Under the pieces are notes generated by a model, which saw only the letters and a program-made list of their open reading frames with translations, searched no databases and was not told where the DNA came from. 64,000 nt of DNA from a virus: IMG/VR virus record IMGVR_UViG_3300042691_052885, positions 2,255 through 66,254 of that record. One strand, written 5' to 3'. Made by a program: the position numbers and the translations under genes. This document shows, piece by piece, positions 59,781-64,000 of this stretch (positions are counted from its first letter, which is position 1; the number at the start of each line of letters is the position of its first letter).

Positions 59781-60986
59781 ATGGAACTAACTGTTGCAAA
59801 ACAAACATTCAAAAAGGTATCAGACATTGAGGTACCAGAAAAACTCTTTAACACCATCAAAACCGATTCTCCGGAACTGGACAATGTCCTTTCGGAAATA
59901 GGTGGTATGGTCCCATCGCAAGTTGTACTGGTAACGGGGAATCCTGGATCTGGAAAAACAACTCTTTGCGCGGTGGTAGGTTCCCGAATTGCGGAACGCG
60001 ATTCCCGCCCGGTAGTTTTCCTTTCCTATGAAATGTCCGACTTCCAATTAAAACTGCAGGCCAAGAAAATTGCAGGTTTCAATTCGCTGCTTGTAAGTAC
60101 TCACGAGTTTCATACACAGCCTGGCGGTATTGATACCTTGTTCCAAGCCCTGGATAGTCTGGATCCATCAATGGTTATTGTGGACTCACTACAGAAAATG
60201 GCTTCTAAAATGCCAGATGGTCCAACCCGCGGACAAGTGGTTTTGGTGGAGCGGTTTACCAAATGGGCCAAGACCTCCTTTACGCCAGTTATGCTGATTG
60301 GCCACAACGATAAAGGTGGAAACTATGCAGGTCCATCGTTCCTCAAACACGAGGTGGACTCACATATGACGGTATGGTTTGACAAGGAAATCCGTGAGCG
60401 TCTCTTTTCCATGAGTAAGAACCGTTTTGGTGGAAACATGGAAAGTTATTCTTTCCGCATCACTCCCGACGGAGTCTTTATCGGTTCGGAATGGTGGAAT
60501 CTTGTAGACAGCCAGACTTCCGATGATGTTCGGGATATGATAATGGACTACAAAGGCAGTTCCACTGGGGAATCGCTAAACTGGGAAAAGTTTAAGGATT
60601 CCGCGGAAACCTTGGTTTCCTACCTTAACCGTAAGCACGCCGAGCGGTTCCCGACAAACACCTTTATTGGTTCCACTGATAAGATCAAACTCACGTGGGA
60701 AGGCCGCCGTGCTTTTTGCAACTACAAAACTGGTCAAATCAATTTCGGTAAGAAGTTTTTTGATCGGGTAACTGACAAATCTTGGGATCGCGTAGGCTAC
60801 CGTTCCGAGCGTCCGTTTATCCATGCACACGTAAAGAACAAGGAGGAGGCCGCCCTTTGGGTTATCCTACATGAATGGGTGCATCTCTTCAAAGGTTATC
60901 AGCATCATACCAAGAAAATGTGGAAAGAAATCTCTCGAATTGCAAATGAGGAATCCTGGTTATGGTCTGTGCCTGCCACGGCATAA
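59781..60986 (+). CDS. RadA/Sms-like ATPase fused to SprT-like zinc metalloprotease
   Basis: GNPGSGKTT, DSLQ, AGP..LKHEVD, KNRFG; C-terminal LHEWVH...HH. Confidence 0.8.
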   Translation: MELTVAKQTFKKVSDIEVPEKLFNTIKTDSPELDNVLSEIGGMVPSQVVLVTGNPGSGKTTLCAVVGSRIAERDSRPVVFLSYEMSDFQLKLQAKKIAGFNSLLVSTHEFHTQPGGIDTLFQALDSLDPSMVIVDSLQKMASKMPDGPTRGQVVLVERFTKWAKTSFTPVMLIGHNDKGGNYAGPSFLKHEVDSHMTVWFDKEIRERLFSMSKNRFGGNMESYSFRITPDGVFIGSEWWNLVDSQTSDDVRDMIMDYKGSSTGESLNWEKFKDSAETLVSYLNRKHAERFPTNTFIGSTDKIKLTWEGRRAFCNYKTGQINFGKKFFDRVTDKSWDRVGYRSERPFIHAHVKNKEEAALWVILHEWVHLFKGYQHHTKKMWKEISRIANEESWLWSVPATA

Positions 60987-60990
60987 TCAT

Positions 60991-61067
60991 TTAATATAAG
61001 ATTAACATTCAGTTAATACCTAGTTAACATTGAGGTATTATTTTTATTCTATCAAAATTAATAAAAA
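60991..61067 (+). promoter_or_regulatory. Promoter with four 11-bp-phased TTAAYA direct repeats (copy A)
   Basis: TTAATA 60991, TTAACA 61002, TTAATA 61013, TTAACA 61024, then GGTATTATTTTTATTCTATCAAA. Confidence 0.8.
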
Positions 61068-61376
61068 ATGGAAAAACACAATCTTCAATTAACTGACAAA
61101 GAAAACAAAGTTTTGGAAACCTTCATCAGTAGCCTCTATGCTGAACCCGGTTTTTCTGACGTAGATGCACATGATCTCTCAAGAGATACTGGAATCTCTA
61201 CCCGTTCAATCCGCGGAGTACTCTCTTCCTTGGTTCAAAAAGGCATTATTACAATCGTTGGAAACTATGCTGGTTATCAAATCATCTACCTTAATGAAAG
61301 TTACTGGTACTTACATCCTGAATGGAAAACCGAATACGAGTTTAGAACAGAGAATTACGTTGCATCAAAATCTTAA
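61068..61376 (+). CDS. Winged-helix DNA-binding protein
   Basis: LTDKENKVL...DLSRDTGISTRSIRGVLSSLVQKGII. Confidence 0.75.
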   Translation: MEKHNLQLTDKENKVLETFISSLYAEPGFSDVDAHDLSRDTGISTRSIRGVLSSLVQKGIITIVGNYAGYQIIYLNESYWYLHPEWKTEYEFRTENYVASKS

Positions 61377-61379
61377 GTT

Positions 61380-61709
61380 ATGAATTACTCAGAAATTACA
61401 ACCGCTCTTGGCAAATCCATGGATACATTATCAGACAGCGATTTGCGCTCACTCAACAATATGTTGGTAGACGAAATTAATAGCCGAATTGCTAAAGCCC
61501 GTCAAACCATTAAACGCACTCTTGGAAAAGGCGCCCAGGTAACTGTGGATGATCCTCGTTGCGCTGGCAAAACATACACCATCGAAAAGATTTCTGCCAA
61601 AATGGCGCTGCTCATAGAAAATGGTTCGGAATACCAGCATCCAGTTTTTGGCACGTCGGTTTCCAAGAAAATCCGTGCTTCACTTACAATGATTAAGGCT
61701 GCAATATGA
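61380..61709 (+). CDS. Hypothetical protein (helix + SH3-like)
   Basis: LGKGAQVTV...TIEKI pattern. Confidence 0.6.
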   Translation: MNYSEITTALGKSMDTLSDSDLRSLNNMLVDEINSRIAKARQTIKRTLGKGAQVTVDDPRCAGKTYTIEKISAKMALLIENGSEYQHPVFGTSVSKKIRASLTMIKAAI

Positions 61710-61825
61710 AAACTGTAGAATTAACATTGCAAGAGATCCAAATGGCAACCCGCCCTAATGTCTACCGCAATAAGAAGAAGTACAACCGTAAGTCCAAGCA
61801 TAAAAACCAAAAGTATGATCAATAA
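61706..61825 (+). CDS. ArfA-like basic peptide (39 aa, not in ORF track)
   Basis: MKTVELTLQEIQMATRPNVYRNKKKYNRKSKHKNQKYDQ; ATGA overlap with the upstream gene. Confidence 0.6.
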   Translation: MKTVELTLQEIQMATRPNVYRNKKKYNRKSKHKNQKYDQ

Positions 61826-62429
61826 TCTTGAACGCATTAAGCCGCTTCTCAATTATTCTGAGCCTGGCGATTTCTATATGCTCTATGTTTTTAAGCGTAA
61901 GAAAGACCAGCCCGCGGAGGACCGTGATAATCATCAGTCAGTTCGTACCATTAAGACTTATTGTATTGAGAGTATTGAACACCTGGAAAGTCGGTACGAT
62001 GAAATCAAACAGCTGTGCGAAATGTTTAAGGCTCGAGCCTACATTCATGTTCAAAAGCAAAATCACCATGATGTTTCCTTAAATATGATGGTGGCCTTGG
62101 CCGAACGCATTCGTAACGGCCAAACCAATCAAAAAGGATTGTTTGACTCTGTGGTTGGACAAATCAAAACTCAGGAGAAGAGATGGATTGTTGATATTGA
62201 TACGAAAGACGAAGTAGACGTTCACAGGGCCGCGCACATCATTGATGGCATTCGACCCGACGGCCCAAAAATTGAGGCAGTCATTCCTACCAAGAACGGC
62301 TATCATTTTATTACCAAGCGTTTTGATGTACGGGAATTTGACAGAAGAATCTGTGAGTTTGGTCAGGTACCGGACATTCAGAAGAAAAATCCAACTCTCC
62401 TCTACCTGCCAAATAGTTTAAATTGTTAA
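61815..62429 (+). CDS. AEP (primase-polymerase) fold protein
   Basis: WIVDID and PTKNGYHFI motifs; start reassigned to ATG 61815. Confidence 0.6.
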   Translation: MINNLERIKPLLNYSEPGDFYMLYVFKRKKDQPAEDRDNHQSVRTIKTYCIESIEHLESRYDEIKQLCEMFKARAYIHVQKQNHHDVSLNMMVALAERIRNGQTNQKGLFDSVVGQIKTQEKRWIVDIDTKDEVDVHRAAHIIDGIRPDGPKIEAVIPTKNGYHFITKRFDVREFDRRICEFGQVPDIQKKNPTLLYLPNSLNC

Positions 62430-62500
62430 TAACTTTTGGCCAAAACATTTTTTTCTTTGGGAAAAATGTATTATTTTTATTCTATCAAAATTAATCATAT
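62424..62500 (+). repeat. Cassette element copy 12
   Basis: 5' half identical to copy 11; contains the upstream stop; ATG 62501. Confidence 0.88.
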
Positions 62501-62767
62501 ATGGAAAACACAAACAAAGCAATCCCGGAAAATCTTTACCAAGATGATCTCAATGTTAACCTTTACGAATACATCTTGGAAGATGGCGAGGAGTTAACAC
62601 TTAAAGAATTAAAGGAACTGAATGCCGCTGGGTACGTCTACCATTCAGAACAGACTGACATCGATTTTGAGGACGAATTTAATGGTGCTCCTTGGATCCG
62701 CAGTATGAATATCTACTACTTCTCCAAAGCCGCAGAAAACATTCACGAAAACCAAATCCCTGCCTAA
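62501..62767 (+). CDS. Small acidic protein
   Basis: Follows the repeat; D/E-rich. Confidence 0.65.
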   Translation: MENTNKAIPENLYQDDLNVNLYEYILEDGEELTLKELKELNAAGYVYHSEQTDIDFEDEFNGAPWIRSMNIYYFSKAAENIHENQIPA

Positions 62768-62768
62768 T

Positions 62769-62999
62769 ATGAAAGCACAATTTGCCGATACCAATGGCCT
62801 GGAATACACATTCAATCCTGCTGCCACTCTTACAGTTCTCATTCGCAACCGCTGGGTAGAAACTGACCCGTACTTCTTCCGCTCTTGGGGAGGCCAACGA
62901 CAGGTCAATGGAAAAACCTACGAAGGCCCAGTTTACAATTTAGGAAGCAATTTAATAGAAGCACCGGTTACACAAACCGCAAAACACATAGCACAATGA
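62769..62999 (+). CDS. Hypothetical protein
   Basis: FRSWGG.R..NG..YEGPVY motif. Confidence 0.6.
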   Translation: MKAQFADTNGLEYTFNPAATLTVLIRNRWVETDPYFFRSWGGQRQVNGKTYEGPVYNLGSNLIEAPVTQTAKHIAQ

Positions 63000-63628
63000 A
63001 AGAATACTTATTGAAAATCACTGCCTACGAATTTGAAGAACTCACCGACGAGGCACAAGCACGAGCAATTGAAAACTCACGATATTCCGAAGTGGAACAT
63101 GATAACTGGTACTTGCCAGTATACGAGGATCATACGGATCAGCTTGCACAGGTAGGTGTTGCGGACCCAACAATTCGTTTTAGTGGTTTCTTCTCGCAAG
63201 GCGACGGGGCCTGCTTTATGTCAGACAACATAAATCTGCCAGTATTACTTGCTGCCATGAAAGACGGCGGTTACCGTGTGGACCCGGTATGGGAAACGGA
63301 AGCCATAAGTGGAGCCTTAACAGTGGACATCCAAAAAGGCACTGCAAGTTTCTGCTACCACTATGATCATTCCAATACCATTACTGCCTATGCCCAGTAT
63401 GTGGGAGACCTGATGAGCTCTGCCGAGGTCGCGGATTTTGAGGACGCGGTTACACGGTGGGCCAAGAAAACCGCGGACAGTATTTGCCGAGATTTGGAAA
63501 GCTTCTACAACGAGCTTACCTCCGATGAGTACATTTCCGATCTGCTCATTGCAGGTGGAAACCTCTTTGACCAACGCGGTAATCCGGTAATCATTGGTCC
63601 GGGTACGGAATGTATTAGCGAGGGATAA
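62996..63628 (+). CDS. Conserved acidic phage protein
   Basis: YEFEELTDEAQARAI, FSGFFSQGDGACF motifs; ATGA overlap. Confidence 0.7.
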   Translation: MKEYLLKITAYEFEELTDEAQARAIENSRYSEVEHDNWYLPVYEDHTDQLAQVGVADPTIRFSGFFSQGDGACFMSDNINLPVLLAAMKDGGYRVDPVWETEAISGALTVDIQKGTASFCYHYDHSNTITAYAQYVGDLMSSAEVADFEDAVTRWAKKTADSICRDLESFYNELTSDEYISDLLIAGGNLFDQRGNPVIIGPGTECISEG

Positions 63629-63631
63629 CAT

Positions 63632-63708
63632 TTAACATAAGGTTAACATTCCCTTAATAATGAGTTAACATTGAGGTATTATTTTTATTCTAACAAATTA
63701 ATTAATAT
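63632..63708 (+). promoter_or_regulatory. Promoter with four 11-bp-phased TTAAYA direct repeats (copy B)
   Basis: TTAACA 63632, TTAACA 63643, TTAATA 63654, TTAACA 63665, then the same core. Confidence 0.8.
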
Positions 63709-64000
63709 ATGGTACATACAAATCACACCGCAATCCAACAAGTTATTTCAGCTGTAGCTGAACAATGGAACATCACTGCTGCTGACATTATCGGTCCCCG
63801 CCGTACAGGTGCAATTGCTCAAGCCCGTCAGGCTTCAATGGCAATCTGCTACTGGAACGGTTACGGTAATCTGAAAGCAATCGCGGCAAGTCATAACCGT
63901 GACAACCATGGAACAGTACTTCATGCCTGTAACGCGGTGGAAGCGGATACCCGCCGTAACCCTCAATATAAAGCAAAGGTAATGGCTGTTACCGCTGCAC
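63709..64000 (+). CDS. Stand-alone DnaA domain IV (DNA-binding) protein, runs off the window end
   Basis: VISAVAEQWNITAADIIGPRRTGAIAQARQASMAI...LKAIA...RDNHGTVLHACNAV aligns with DnaA VAEYY..DLLSKRR....RQMAM...RDHTTVLHAC. Confidence 0.85.
   Translation, partial: MVHTNHTAIQQVISAVAEQWNITAADIIGPRRTGAIAQARQASMAICYWNGYGNLKAIAASHNRDNHGTVLHACNAVEADTRRNPQYKAKVMAVTAA

Noticed and set aside
8726-62500. Repeats as a CRISPR array or integron attC sites
   Set aside because: Copies are separated by whole genes, lack RYYYAAC/GTTRRRY cores, and no cas or integrase gene is in the window
119-63976. Minus-strand ORFs (e.g. 26332..26931, 38822..39439, 59128..59808)
   Set aside because: Antisense shadows of well-supported + strand genes, with no recognisable motifs
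1-64000. Stop-codon reassignment
   Set aside because: Core genes are intact in code 11, and TAA, TGA and TAG all end genes
59781-64000. Apparently higher GC as a foreign island
   Set aside because: Not quantified, and the region carries the same promoter core as the rest of the phage

Overview
64 kb segment of a large T4-like (contractile-tailed, probably jumbo) dsDNA phage. All credible genes are on the + strand and use the standard code. The host is most likely Bacteroidota: the window has a T9SS type-B C-terminal sorting domain gene, a TAnnTTTG -7 promoter and A-rich, SD-less starts. 1-36.4 kb is the core: gp46, tail terminator, late sigma gp55, gp4, gp2, portal, clamp loader, RNase H, neck, both terminase subunits, sheath, tube, tail chaperone, tape measure, guanylate kinase and an ECF sigma. 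36.4-64 kb is accessory: SmpB, UvsE, AAA ATPase, ThyA, a glycan-modification cluster, kinase plus RNA ligase, a RadA-SprT fusion, an ArfA-like peptide and a stand-alone DnaA domain IV. The non-coding structure is the most striking part. (i) Twelve copies of a ~78-bp gene-leading element combine a DnaA-box-like TGTTAATAA, a hairpin with compensatory substitutions, a T-tract, a -7 box and an ATG, dividing the accessory region into cassettes. (ii) Two promoters share the same core but carry four 11-bp-phased TTAAYA repeats (PhoB/OmpR-type); one drives the mini-DnaA. (iii) There are ECF-type AAACT-N14-GAATATAA and late NATAWATAG motifs. (iv) There are two candidate programmed frameshifts (-1 at A AAA AAG; -2 at CTCTTTTC). 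(v) There is a candidate pseudoknotted ncRNA. All annotations come from motif recognition by eye; no searches were run.
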